Both the position numbers and the translations under genes were made by a program. DNA of 64,000 nt, from assembly GCF_036321535.1 (NCBI RefSeq), contig NC_087436.1:24616001-24680000 (forward strand), written 5' to 3'. Every line of letters starts with the position of its first letter. Positions within the stretch are counted from its first letter, which is position 1. Source of the stretch: Camelus dromedarius. Its lineage: Eukaryota. The notes below the pieces were generated by a model. The model saw only the letters and a program-made list of their open reading frames with translations, ran no database searches and had not been told where the DNA came from. This document shows, piece after piece, positions 23,245 to 36,058 of this stretch.

Positions 23245-26200
23245 ATAAAGGGCAATTAAGAACTCCTGCTCTATGGCTTCTGGAAGAAGGCATCTGTTGT
23301 TATGGGTAAAGAAGTAGGTGTCTTTTTTCATGGAAGGAACTAAATAAGTCACCTTTAGGCACATGTTTCCTATCTTCAGACCCTGTTCATGGCAGAATTT
23401 ACTAATAGTAGGGCAACAGAATCTCCTTTTTTGCCCTCTGACTACAGCTTGCTTTCTTCCACCAGATAGGGTCAGTCAGGTCCATAAAGAGACAAAAAAA
23501 TCTAAGAATCACCTCACAGTCAGATCCATGATACACTCAGTTCCTAGGCTGTCTTTGAATTTCATTTCATGATGTTCGTGTATAAGATCATAGATATTAC
23601 TTGCAAGTGCTGTGTGGTTCTGATATTGGCATGATTTGCACAGTTTCCCTTATTATAAACGCTAGAGGTTTTCAGTTTTTCTCCCCTCTGTTTGTAGAAG
23701 AGCAGATGGTTATGCCTTTGCTTTGAGTCCTAAGACACTTCACGGGCAGAAGGTCTTCAGAGACAAGGGGTTTTTGGCCTTTGACACGGCCTGGTGATCT
23801 TTCTCAGGTTGTTCCTGAACCCAACAAGTGGAAGGTCTGGCACTCCACTTCTGGAGATGATTAAAGGTGGCACTTTGCTCCAGGGTGGAGGTGTAAACTT
23901 ATTAATCTAGTACCAGAGTACATCTTTCAGGCAGAGGAAAGAGAAATTTAATCTTGGCCCCTTTCACATATAGTATCGTGACAATTTTTTTCCTATCCAC
24001 TGACCTAGGTTCTGGGACTGTACAAAAGAAGCATCTTGGGCAGCTGCAAAAATTAAGGTGTGAATGCTGATAAATAAACACTCAGTTGCTTTATAGAAAG
24101 CACAGTGATTGCCAACAACAGTCTAAATGGTAGTGAGCTAATCATTAGGGTGAGGCTCCAAGACTTTACCAACAGCAGTGACACAGAATTAAGTGTTCCC
24201 CACAGAGCACGTGTGCAGAGGAAGCTGTTTGTGGGAAAAAGGATCAGGTCCTTGTGGTCTCAGCAGAAACCTGTGACCAAGTTTCCCTGGTTAGAGGGCA
24301 GGGAGGACAGTTAAAAAGACACCACAACATTTAGTAGAAAAGGAAAGTTCTCTCTCATATTTCTGACAGTAAACCATAATATTATTTCAGGACCTTCATA
24401 GACTGATATTGATAATTAACTTCCCCAGAATCCTCCTTACTTTCTTGGTGGGGGCATTAAATTTGTCATTTTTAATCAGCATTCTGGGGAGTCAGAAGGA
24501 TATTACCTTGCCAGTTGTAAATTACGGAAGATGTTGTATGTTTTAATTACTTGAACAGTGTTTCTATAGGTATTAAAATATACTTATTTTCTTGGGCATG
24601 ACTTTACTTTGGTCTGTCCAGACAGTAGAGTTGTCATTTGCTCCAAATGGACTCATTTTATATTCTATTTCTTCCAATAGAATACTATGTGCTACTTTCT
24701 GATTTCTGAGGTAACAGTTAATTGTTTACTAAATTAATTTCATATTAATAGGTGATGAACTACTGTACAATCTTTTTAAAGGCATTTTCTTTTCAAACAG
24801 AAGATGCTGTAAGATACAAGACTTTAATCTAAAGAGATGACTCTTCAGTCACATATTTCGTGTGGAGGAGATCTCTGTGTAGGGAGGTGGTGGGGGCAGT
24901 GGGTTTGGAGAGTGCCATCTCTTCCTCTCGGAAGCCCTCGCATGTATACCTGCTGCCCAGTTATGAATAAAGCCACGTGCCCCCGAGCAGACAGGTAGGG
25001 CCAGACAGAGCTGAGCCAGAGAGGAACAGACAATGTGGGAGGTCAGCCTTGGGGAGTCAGAGAAATGGGCTTCCTGCCATCATGTCAGGTATTTTTTTAT
25101 CCAAAAAGTCTAAAGCATTAGGCGTCCATATAGATGATTTGTTTGGGCAATGGTTGGATTTGATGATCCTGAAGAGTCGTTTTATTGGTGTGGTGGGTGG
25201 GTGGGAGAACTATATTTTAGATGTTTAACGAGAGAATGTATGGTGAGGTAATGAAGGTTTGACTAAAGAAAGGATTAAAATAAAGCAATCTTTGCAGGCA
25301 GTAGCAAGGCCGAGTCATGAAAATAGCTCGAGGGGACACGATGCTCTTACCAGTCTTGTTGGTGGCACCACAAGTGCGTGGAAGGGCAGGGGCTGGAGCC
25401 CATGTCTCCTGGTACCCAGGCTTTGGAAGATTTTCCACAGAAGAGGAACATGAGCATATCTGATGACAGAAGGAAAGGACCAGAGGACACTGGGTTGAGG
25501 ATGCTGGAGAGGCAGTGGTTTTTGAGAAAAGAGACCTTTCTTCTTTGAAGTCTGTGAGGGAAGACCAAAGGGTGGATAAAGGGACAAGGAGGCAGATGGA
25601 GGACCACTGTTGGGTTGTCACACTCCTCAGGAGAATCCATATTAATGGTGAATGGAAAATCTCTCTGTCTCCACAGACACACAAGCACACACGAGCACAT
25701 GCATGGTAACAAATAGTGAACAATGGATAGAAATTTAATAATTATTGGGCTGATTCTTCTCCTTTTCAAGGAGTAAATCTTCAAATGATTGCTATGACCT
25801 GCTAACGTGGACTTAGGTAGGGAGAGAAAATTGTTCCCATTTTCCTGTTTAAGTCTCTTTTAAGTTCAAGAGTTTTTAGGACGATTCTGACGCAGTTCTT
25901 TGCCCAGACGAGGTAGGTTGTGGTGGAGCTGGCTATATTTCACAGAGACAGGAGATCACCATCCTCCCTCCCTTTCTTTCTCTTACAAATTGATTTCTAA
26001 GTGTTGAATACACCCCAAGACTAGGATCTATAAAATAGTCTTAACGATTTTACCAGGACTAGTAACCGTGACAAGGTATCTCTTTAAGGCAGGATAACAA
26101 AATAATAAAACATCTACCAGCTCTACACTGAAATCATGCTTGGGGGCCCAGTGGAGAGCAGATACACTTTGTATATTTTCTTCCAATGCTATTGTGGTTT

Positions 26201-28837
26201 AGCCTGTTAGGAAAAGTATAGTGGGTGCTTTACCAGCACCATAAAAAGACCCAGGTCCCTTTAATTTCACATTTCTTGTGACGACAAGCCTTCGGTCCTG
26301 TTCTACCCACTTGTCCCCATGTGCAGCTCAGAACTGAGGACTAAGAGCCAAGAGGGTCCTCCTCCTGTATTTCTAATCTCAGGCTAAACCACAGATGCTA
26401 GAAATGAATGAGTAAGTTCACGGTCATCCAAAGTTCAGACACCCAGAGAGCTCACATCAGCAGAGAGTATTTCTAAAGGTGCTGGGCAGTGATGAACAGT
26501 TTTCATAATTGTCACCCAAGGCTTGGAATAATCCCGAGGCACCCTCTAGATTATCGCAGAGAATTTCTTTTTGCTCCGTCTTGATATTTGATTTCCTTCA
26601 TTTGACTTTCTAATTTGCTGAAAATGGACAAAGTGTGGTTTATTAAACCTCAGCCAGATTATTTGATCCACGGGGGCACTGAACGCCAAGCCATTTTGTA
26701 TGCATGAGGACAGAGGGGCAGCAAATCCTGCCGGAGTCTCTTTCCTAAAGAGGCCCCAGGGATGGGGAGAGAGCAAGTCCCTGCTTTAAAGGAAAGCTGC
26801 TTGTTGCAAACGGAGGAAGGACGGCCCACCTCACTAGCCACTCGAGTTCAACCACAAAAGGAGGCAACACCACAAAAGGGTTAATTCCGACACAAGACTG
26901 CTCCTCGTGAGGCTGACAGCGAGTAAAGCCCCTTTCCTTGTCTAATTACCTGCTGAATGCCGGGTGGGAGCTGGCCCGGCAGGAGGCCCTGCCCTACCTG
27001 CTGGAAGGGTTAGGCTGGAACACGCCTGTTTTTTAATCCTATCCACACACAACCCTCTCTTCTGTCAGTTGTTGTGTTTCCTTCCTCACCTCTGGACGCT
27101 TGGGCACGTTCACTCGAAACATCATCACAGGAGAACTCGGCTTTGACAGAAACCTCTCTGAAATTATTTTCTTTCCTGTTCTGGCTTGCACTTGAATAAT
27201 TCCCCATCAACAGCACGTCTGATTGAGTTGGCATCACAAACCCTTTTGTATGCTATTTTTTTCCTTCAAGAAATATTAAAGTCTGAATAAAATTGGAAGA
27301 GCTGCCTGGTAATGATCTCATTATATATAAATACAGAAGTGCTCGCAGGGGAGATAATGACTCCAAGACTCAGGTATGCAGCGAATACCTATTATCTTGT
27401 GAGGAGTCCGCCCTCCTCCCAGCTCCCCCGCATCCCTTTCAGTTTAAGGTTCAAGTTTCAGAGAACGGATGGCTGATTGAAGCTGGGAATGGTTTTTTTT
27501 TCTTTTCCCCTTCATGACATATGTTAGGAGATGAAAGGAACCTGAGCCGTGTGTTTACTCTTCATTTGGGAGTTTCACATGTACTGATTGATCAGAAGGC
27601 AAGAAAGGCAGAAGGAGAGACATTTGGTGCTGGCTGCAAACCATATCCATTCTCAATGTGAAGTTCCCTCGCTGGGTGAGGATCATTGTGATGAGGCAGT
27701 TCTGGGTAGAGACGCTACTAAAAGACTTTTTTTAAAATAACAGTCTGGCCACCCAGTTTGAGTTCTTAGAGAACAAAATGACAGGCAGAGATGGAGGCAG
27801 TAAGGGTGGGGCCGGGGTGGGAAGGGCCCTCCAAATGTGGGATTTTCCTAGTGACTTAGCCCCAGTCATCTTTCTGGCTGCCAAGGCCTGAGCAGATGAA
27901 TTTAGCACGTCACAGAGGGTCACAGAGAGGGCTTGGTTCCCCACGTGGGCTAAGCCATCCTGGAAAATTTTGACTCCCTGTGATTAGCATTAAAAAAAAA
28001 AGAAATTGGATAGGGGAGAGGGTGGCCCACATTGCTCTCAGCATGCCTGTTAGGTTCTAAAGGGGCATTTATCTAAAGAGTGATTGACATCTCCCATCTT
28101 AGACTTGAAAGGGGGATGGGGTGGAAGAGGAGGACCTGGCTGTTTCCATCGGCATGGGGTTAGAAGGCTTATTTTTTCTTTCTGTTGTCCATATTAGGCA
28201 CTATCAGAGATACAATATAACATGATAAGCATAAGTTTTTGGCAAAAGGATGGAGTGGATGGTAAAGATATGTTGCCCATAGTTACAAGTCTTTTATGCA
28301 ATGTACATGGGAGGCAGTTGAACAATGACAATAAATTCCTATTGACTGAGTGAGAGTTACCGCCATCAAACCTAAAGGAAGAGTTACTGCCATCAGAGAC
28401 AGGGGCCCGTGTGGCCTGAGGGGCGCCCCTGCTATCAGGGAGGACATTCCCATTGTGGGGAGGATCCAGACAAATGTTCTTGACCCCAGTTGGATCCACA
28501 CTATACACATGCTGTTTGATAAACCTCTAAGTTTTTCCTTAGTTTATTTCTTTAGTTCATTTGTAATGCCTTAGCCTCAGGGAAAGAATCTTCTTTTCTC
28601 CTTCCAATGCCACAGATACTGCTGGGATCTGGGAGAATGTCCCCCCCACTTGCACTCTGACTTCCCTGGGTGATGGCAATTGGATGTGAACTCAATTGTT
28701 TGCAGAAATCAAGTGTGGGGACCCCACCTTCTTGCATTTTTCCAATTATTTGAGGAAGGATCTAAGAGAAATCTTCAATTCAGTAATTACATCTTCCACC
28801 CGGGATCCAGTTCTATCTCAGGGCATCTTCATTTTGA

Positions 28838-28990
28838 TAATGATGACGATGATGGTAAAGAAACTACTGTTCTTTGAGAGTTTAACGTGTGCCAAGCACA
28901 GTGCTACGGGCTTTACATGCTTTATCTCCTTTCTGGGAGGTGGATACTGTTAGGTCATTTTAAAGATGATGTGACAGATAGAAGCTCGAT
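28838..28990 (-). mobile_element. MIR SINE fragment
   Basis: Contains GTGTGCCAAGCACAGTGCTACGGGCTTTACATGC...CATTTTAAAGATGA. Confidence 0.7.
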
Positions 28991-29363
28991 GTCCACTGGG
29001 AAAAGGACTGATTTGTGGCTGCAAAAATTTGGAGGCTATGGAGGCAGGAGGGGAGATGGTTGACATGGAAGAGAAATCTCTAAAGGCATCCCTTATTTTC
29101 TCAATCCCTTTGCATTTATTAACTAGTTTTAATGATGACTTCAGTATCCAGCCTCCGTTGTTTGTGATACAACAGAAATACGAGGCACAATCCCTGCCCA
29201 CAAGGCACCTGTAATCTAGTAGGTGGATGAGAGTAGAACAGAAAAAACGCCACCATGTGGGACAAAGCTGGGTTTGGCCTCTCATCTCCTATTAGCTAGA
29301 CTTTAAGCCCTTAAGCCTTTGGGCTAAGAGTCTTTTTAAAAATGAAACGATTGGATGAGATAA

Positions 29364-29600
29364 GAAGTTTGCCAGTGTTTTCCATAAGGAGCCAGATTGT
29401 AAATATTTTAGTTTGGGGGGCCCTATAGTCTTTGTCTGACTACTCAAGTCTCCCGTCGTCTCATGAAAGTGGCCATAGACAATATGTAACTAATAGGCAC
29501 AGCTGTATTCAAATGAAATTTTATTTACAAAAACACTTGTAAATAAAAATCAGGTGGGCTGATTATAGGTGGGCTGGATTTAGTCCCTGGCCGACTCCTG
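29364..29600. mobile_element. MER58A hAT MITE
   Basis: Homologous to 23021-23244 (GCCATAGACAATATGTAA, TTTATTTACAAAAACA) and ends GCCGACTCCTG. Confidence 0.8.
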
Positions 29601-30254
29601 GACCAGCGGATGGCTCTAAGCCCTTCACGGCTAGAAAATGCTATCGTTCCTTCACCATCCACATTGATTTCAGCCTTGGAGTGTAGAGACATTTCTTTGG
29701 CTTTTCTCTTTTTGAGGAAGAGTATATAAAAAATGGCAATAGAAGTGGTCCTGGAGAGACACCAGGAGGGATTCCCAGCAATGTTCTGATTGAAATTGCA
29801 ATGGGAGGAATCCATTAAAAAAGGTGGGGAGAAAGGTCCCATTAATCAGAGATGGGGACTGCTGTTTTAGTTGGAGATCTGGCTATTAGCTCAGCAGGGA
29901 GACAAGGAAGACAAGATGGGGGAGGCTGGAAACACGGCTTTTCCAGAGGCAGAAGGCTAAAAAATTATTTTTAGAACACAATTTTTGTGCATTTCCTCAT
30001 ATAAGCCTTGGAATCCAAGGCATAGTCAATAATGACATTTTTGCTTACAATTAGGGAACATAATGCAGCATAGCAGTATAACAATCTGACATAAGAACCT
30101 GACAATCTTAACAGTCTAACCCAATCTAAACATAGACTTCATTATTCTTGAAATTACATAGATACATCCGTTTGAAAACTCTCCCATTTAGTTTTCCCAT
30201 ATATTTGAATAACTGGGGTTTCCAAGGTGCTTAAATGAATGCACAAGCATACGG

Positions 30255-30742
30255 CTCTTCCTGCTGCAGTGACAGAAACACCTTGTTCAAAGTGACTTAA
30301 ACAAGGGAATAGACTACGTGGGCTTAGAATACAGCACAGTCCAGAGGGGTGCTGGCTTCCTCTGGGGCGAGGGTCTGATCCTGAATATTACACGAGGGCT
30401 TTTGTTTCTCTTCTCTTTCATTTCTGCCTTCCTTGTGTGTCAGCCTCACCCTCAGGTGGACTCCTTCCAAGGTAGTAAGATGCTATCCCAAGACCCACCT
30501 TCTTGTATGACCAAATGCAGTAAAGGAACAAGAGCATCTTTTTTTCAGAAGCGATAGCACAACCTGCTTGTCTCCTTGGCCTTGAATGGGCTACTTGCCC
30601 GTTCCTAAACCAATTCCTGTGGCCGCAGCCCATTAAGGCCCGCTACACAGCTAAGAATAGTAACAGGGAGGTTCCCCAAAGTAGAACGTCTACTGGAAAG
30701 AGGTGGGTGGTTTGGGGATAACCAACAACAGATGTCCAGTGC
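30255..30742 (-). mobile_element. old MaLR solo LTR (MLT1J/K-like)
   Basis: Contains GCTGCAGTGACAGAAAC...GACTTAAACAAG...CCTAAACCAATTCCTGTGGCC...AACAGATGTCCAGTGCA. Confidence 0.65.
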
Positions 30743-31089
30743 AATGATACGTCAGAATTTTCGGAATGCTTTAATGGAAACTGTCTCATATGATTACAAC
30801 AATTTTGTGGGACTATGTTTGCCAGCTAGTATTATTTCCATTTCCATATTCCTAGTGTTCTGGAGAACACTAGGGCTTAAACCACATGACTGGTTCACAT
30901 TCACAAAGCTGGTCAAAGAGATTGTACTAATTTCTTTTTCCTCATGGTGTGATGGTTGACCACCAAACACAGAACTATTAATCTCTTGTTTGGACTAGAT
31001 GCCTATTAATCTAAACTAGAATTGGCATTTTTGGGTAGCCATATCACACTGGCTTATACAGATTTTATCAAAGTAAGAGCCTCGCTGAT

Positions 31090-31332
31090 TTTTCACATGA
31101 TTGCTGCTAAAACATACCTAAAATGGCTTTTTGAACCTAAGTGCAGGGCTACCTTTTTCCTGTGATATCTCATATTGAATTTCCCCTCTTGCTCCAGCCT
31201 GGCTAGAATTTTTGAATCATGTGGAATAGGAAGTATTAACTGCTTCTCCCAGTTTTGTGCCGCCTTCAAGTTTAACAAATACACACTTCCATTTCATCTT
31301 GTCAGTAATTGCTAAAAGGCTGAACAATAAGA
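31090..31332 (-). mobile_element. L3/CR1 LINE RT fragment
   Basis: The minus-strand translation ILARLEQ..KFN..KVALHLGSK resembles the CR1 RT C-terminal motif (LDRLE.W....MKFN..KCKVLHLG). A decayed KFADDTKLG-like DNA segment lies upstream. Confidence 0.65.
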
Positions 31333-31337
31333 TATAT

Positions 31338-31470
31338 GTAATGTTGATGAATTACTGATTTAAATCTGGAATGAGATCTCTAGTGATACATCACAGGACT
31401 CTACCTTTGGATTTGTTCAGTATTTTTATAACTGATATGGTTGGAGGCTTAACTGATATGTTAAAAATGT
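31338..31470 (+). mobile_element. L3/CR1 LINE RT fragment
   Basis: GAGATCTCTAGTGATACATCACAGGACTCT...TGTTCAGTATTTTTATAACTGATATGG resembles decayed VSSGVPQGSVLGP.LFNIFINDL coding DNA. Confidence 0.55.
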
Positions 31471-31968
31471 GAATCACCTCACAGATGGAATATGCCCTCT
31501 CATTTGACCTCTTGTCCCATATTTCTGACACAAGCACCGTTTTGATTGGGAACATCACCTTTTGGAATGGAAAGCCAAATTGTTGGCCTGGAGTCAATGG
31601 TAACCATGATTTTGTGACACCGCCGCATCATTTATCCTGAATAGTCAGGAAAATTGTGGCCATTCAGTTAATGTCAAATTCCTGCAATGAAAATAAGGTA
31701 ATCACAATGGTGATCAAGCATCACAATCTGAAAATTTAGGAATAAAGTAGATAGTACATATTCCCCTGGTGACTTAATTCTCTTTTTTTCAGATTAGAAA
31801 ATTAAAATCCTATTACTCAAATGTAAGTGATAAACAAGGATTTGACCAGAAATATTATCAAGGACTAAGCGTCTCAAGCAGAAGCGTGGTAGGTGGGTTG
31901 TAGAGTCATCTGGTGTTAGGAATAACAAACAGAGGCTTTTACACAACATACTCCTACCATGTAGCTTT

Positions 31969-32752
31969 TTTTTTTTTTAACCATTTTTATGCATTAAACA
32001 TTTTTGAATTATAGTTGATTTACAATGTTTCAGGTGTACAGCAGTGATTCAGTTATAACTATATCTATTCTTTTTCAGATTCTTTTCCATTATAGGTTAT
32101 TACAATGGAATACAGTTCCCTGTGCTATACAGTAGGACCTTGTTGTTTTTCTATATTATATATAGTAATGTGTATCTGTTAATTCCAAATTCCCAATTTA
32201 TCCCTCCCCCTGCCTTCCCCTTTGGTAACCATAAGTTTGTTTTTTATGTCTGTGAGTCTATTTCTGGTTTGTAAATAAGTTCATTTGTATCATTTTTTAA
32301 AGATTCCACATATGAGTGCTATCATATGGTATTTTTCTTTCTCTCTCTGACTTACTTCACTTTGAATGACAATCTCCAGGTCCATCTATATTGCTGCAAA
32401 TGGCATTCTTTCTTTCTTTTTTGTGGCTGAGTAGTATTCCATTGTATAAATATATCACAGCTTCTTTATCCAGTCATCTGCTGATGGATATTTAGGTTGT
32501 TTCCATGTCTTGGCTATTGTAAATACTGCTGCTATGAACACTGGGGTGCATGTGTATTTTTGAAATAGAGTTTCTTCCAGATATATGCCCAGGAATGGAT
32601 TGCTGGATCATGTAGTAATTCTAGTTTTTTAAGGAACCTCTCTACTGTTCTCCATAGTGGCGGCACCAATTTACATTCCCACCAACAGTGTAAGAGGGTT
32701 CCCTTTTCTCCACACTCTCTCAAGCATTTGTTATTTGTAGACTTTTATCCAT
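31969..32752 (-). mobile_element. 5'-truncated L1 (ORF2 C-terminus plus 3' UTR)
   Basis: The ORF track shows [18 protein letters not shown], the L1 ORF2 Cys-rich end. There is a poly-T tail and a TSD CATGTAGCTTT / CACATAGCTTT. Confidence 0.95.
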
Positions 32753-33855
32753 CACATAGCTTTGATTTGGAGTTCATTCAAAGCACTTTAATGAAGGATG
32801 AGAGATTTTTATGAATATTGGAATCAATTATTATTATCACTTAAACAAGATTGAGAAACACTACTGTACAACTTTAATTTCCCTAAAAAGACTCCTTTTA
32901 GGATTGGTTTCAGCCATGGAAAGGCGTGGCATGCTTCTTTAGCCCTCCTTGGGAAGGTGTGGGAGGGGGCACAGGTCACTCTCTCCAGGAGGACCACTCC
33001 CACCAGCAGAAGTCTTTGCAGCCACTCTCTATCCCAGGTTATGACCATCTTCTCCCTGACAAGGACCCAAACACAGCTCTTCCTGCTCTGCCTGGCTTCT
33101 CCCATCTCTACTCTCTCTCCCACCCTTAGATATCCCAGAAATGCTACCATCATGTAGGTATTTCATAGAGAAATTTTGCTTCCAAACTAATGACTAGGTT
33201 TCACAGAAGAGGAGCGAAAGCAATTGTCTTCTCCTCTTTCCCATTAAGTGATCTGGAAAATAGCACTTCTATTTAAAAGGAGAAATATTTAGAAAGCAAA
33301 CTTCCTTCCCCTTTTCCCAACTGCTCTCAGAAAACAAGAAAACAGCAGCTTGTTCTCCTGTTCAGGGTCTGACCCGCCCCTCCTCTCCCGGTGCTCCCCC
33401 TAGACCCCACTTCCTCATGACATCCCTTCCTTGGCTACAAGAACAGGTTATCAAGGTGATAATAAGCGAGAAAATGTTCCAGCCTTGTTTTAAGCCTCTG
33501 CCGCATTGCCCTGCTTTAAAGAGGTTAAACGCTGTGTGAACCCATGTTTTCCACCCCCGGCCAGGCAGCCCTAAGCCAGGCTGATCCGGGCTCGCCTCGC
33601 CCCCTCACCATGAGAGACTCGAGAGACTCGTGCTGCCGGGATGATTGAGGTGGCCTCGGCCTCCCCAGCAGCTGCTGACTTGCGCTTGGAAATTCAAACC
33701 TCTCAAGGTAATTCCTCGGCTTATAAAAAAAACTTTCAGCAATGAATTCTGAGTTTGATGCCTCCCACGCCAAGTGGGGTAATGGCAGGCTCACTGACTT
33801 CCACAGACGCAGGCCCTGGGAGGGGCAAGGAATATTGGTTATTAAAGTAGTTTTA

Positions 33856-34023
33856 TTTTTTAATTTTTATTTAAATTTTTGAAAGTTTATTTATATTTTT
33901 TGGTGGGGGGAGTAATTAGCTTTAGTCATTTATTTATTTATTTTTAATGGAGATAGTGGGGATTGAACCCAGGACCTTGCACATGCTAAGAATGCGCTCT
34001 ACCACTGAGCTACACCCTCTCAC
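33856..34023 (-). mobile_element. tRNA-Ala-derived SINE (Vic-1-like)
   Basis: tRNA-like head and A-rich tail. Perfect 12-bp TSD AAAGTAGTTTTA at 33844-33855 and 34024-34035. Confidence 0.93.
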
Positions 34024-35761
34024 AAAGTAGTTTTACAAGTAGGACTTTTAATGTGGTCTCATTAGGAGATTCTAGCTATTTCTAAAACACCATTCTTGAT
34101 CTTCATTCTATTCTGAGGTCTTTTAGATCCCAAATGACTTAGGGCTGGTCTGGGCCACCCACAGGCTACAAGTTGGGCTGGCTTCTTACATCAGAGAGAA
34201 TAAAACTGTGTTTCTGCCTCCTCTGGGCTGGAGCTTCTTTCATTGACTCAAGCCGCACTTTGGTACTGAGGTTGGAGGCCAAACTAATTGTGAAAGGAGA
34301 TGTGGAGCTGTCGTTTGATATGGTAACTGGGTCACCTCCTGCAAGCTGGTGGAAATGGACATCCTCAGCACAAGCAGATGTGGTACCAGGTTTGGAGCAG
34401 TTCCTCCCAATGCAGAGAAGTTGCCCAGAGATTCTGAAACAACCATCTGCTTTTAAGATTTTCTGAATCATTCTCAGGCAGGATCAATTTTCCCTTCTTT
34501 TCCTTCCTTACCCCCAAAGCTGCTCCTGTCCCCAATGGCAGGAAGTCCCTGGTGGTGGTCACAGCTGCTGCCGTGACAGTCCTCTGTCTCCTCACAGGGA
34601 CAGCTTTGTTGTGGGAGGATTCAAATGTCCTGTTGTCTCCTAAAGCTTCAGCTCCGAGTTTCAGGATGTGTTTTGGCAAGTGCAAATTCCAATAGTCATT
34701 GAACTCTTGATAATCCTTTATGCCCTGTAGAAGTATGTTTTTATTCATCCGTTTCTTCAGGAGGTAAGAAGTAAAGCTGTTCCACTCTAGGCATAAATTA
34801 GCATTTATAACAATGCAGTGCAAAAATGTAATTTAAATAGAACTGATTAGAATTTTGATAGGGCACCTAGGAACCTCTAAACAAATGCTGATCAGGTAAT
34901 GAGTGGAACAAGTCATTTATTTTAGTGGTTCAGCTATTTGTTCAATGATTGGGTCACAGTTTCCCAAACATATACAGTGACTGTTCATTAATTATTCACT
35001 TCTCGCCCAGTAATTGTCCAATTTAACTACAAACTGTGAGCGTATAGGCAAAGCCACAGAAGACAGCAGAGGGAAAAAGTAGCAATCTAGATAAAAGTAT
35101 ATTTTCTTTTTGTAATAACATTCACTAATTCAAGGACTCAGGGAGAGGGGAGCTATTGTTAGACTTTGGCCTTGGTCTTGTCTGCATGCAGTGGATTAAA
35201 TTGCTCACCATTTGTTAAGCAGGGACATTTACGCTTCAGAGTGCCGAGCTTTACAAAATGAGGCAGTACAAGTTGGCATTCAGCCTGTCTTTGTAGGTAG
35301 AGCCTCACCTTTGGGTCAGCGAGCAACGAGCTGTAAGTGGGACAGAAACTTCTGGATGCTATCAATCGAGTCACGTGTTTCTCTTCAGGTGTCTCAACTT
35401 CGCAAATGTTCTGAATCAGCCTGAAAGGTTCATTGGCAGGGTTTTTCTCTTTTGGTATTTTAGAGGCTCTTCTTTTGTTAAGAAGATGGAAATGTTTCCC
35501 TCTTATTTCATGAGGAGTTCAACTCACATCCAGGACATTCTTGGTGCAGCGGCTTCCCCAGTATGTCATCAAAGTCAATGTCCTCTTTTACTTATTGATT
35601 ATCTTCATTGGTAGTTAAAATTAGTTTAGCAGCCCTGTTATGTTGATGTAATTTTGATATTAGTAGGATGTCACTTTCTAGAATGCAGATTGGAAATTAA
35701 ATCCCAAGAAAGATGGTAAGTTAAATAATTTTCTCCCAAGTCAGAATGAAGCAGTGTTTTA

Positions 35762-36058
35762 TTTTTAAATTTTTTTAATTCTTATTTTTTACTGAAGTGT
35801 AGTCGATTTACAATGTCAGTTTCAGGTGTACAGCAAAGCGATTCAGATATACATATACATACATATACGTATATGTATTATTTTTCCATTACAGCTCAGT
35901 ATAAAAAATTGAGTAGGTCCTTGTTGTTTGTCTGTTTTATATATAGTAATATGTATCTGTTAATCCCAAACTCCTAATTTATTCTCTCCAGGTAACCACA
36001 GTTTGTTTTTCTATGTCTGTAAGTCTGTTTCTGGTTTGTAGATAAAATTTACAAAAAC
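35762..36058 (-). mobile_element. short 5'-truncated L1
   Basis: L1 3' UTR with a 17-bp TSD AATGAAGCA[G/T]TGTTTTA at 35745-35761 and 36059-36075. Confidence 0.9.

Noticed and set aside
25885..25918. Possible 5-nt microexon (CCCAG|ACGAG|GTAGGT)
   Set aside because: Frame-shifting length, a short pyrimidine tract and a competing upstream AG. Not supportable without RNA data.
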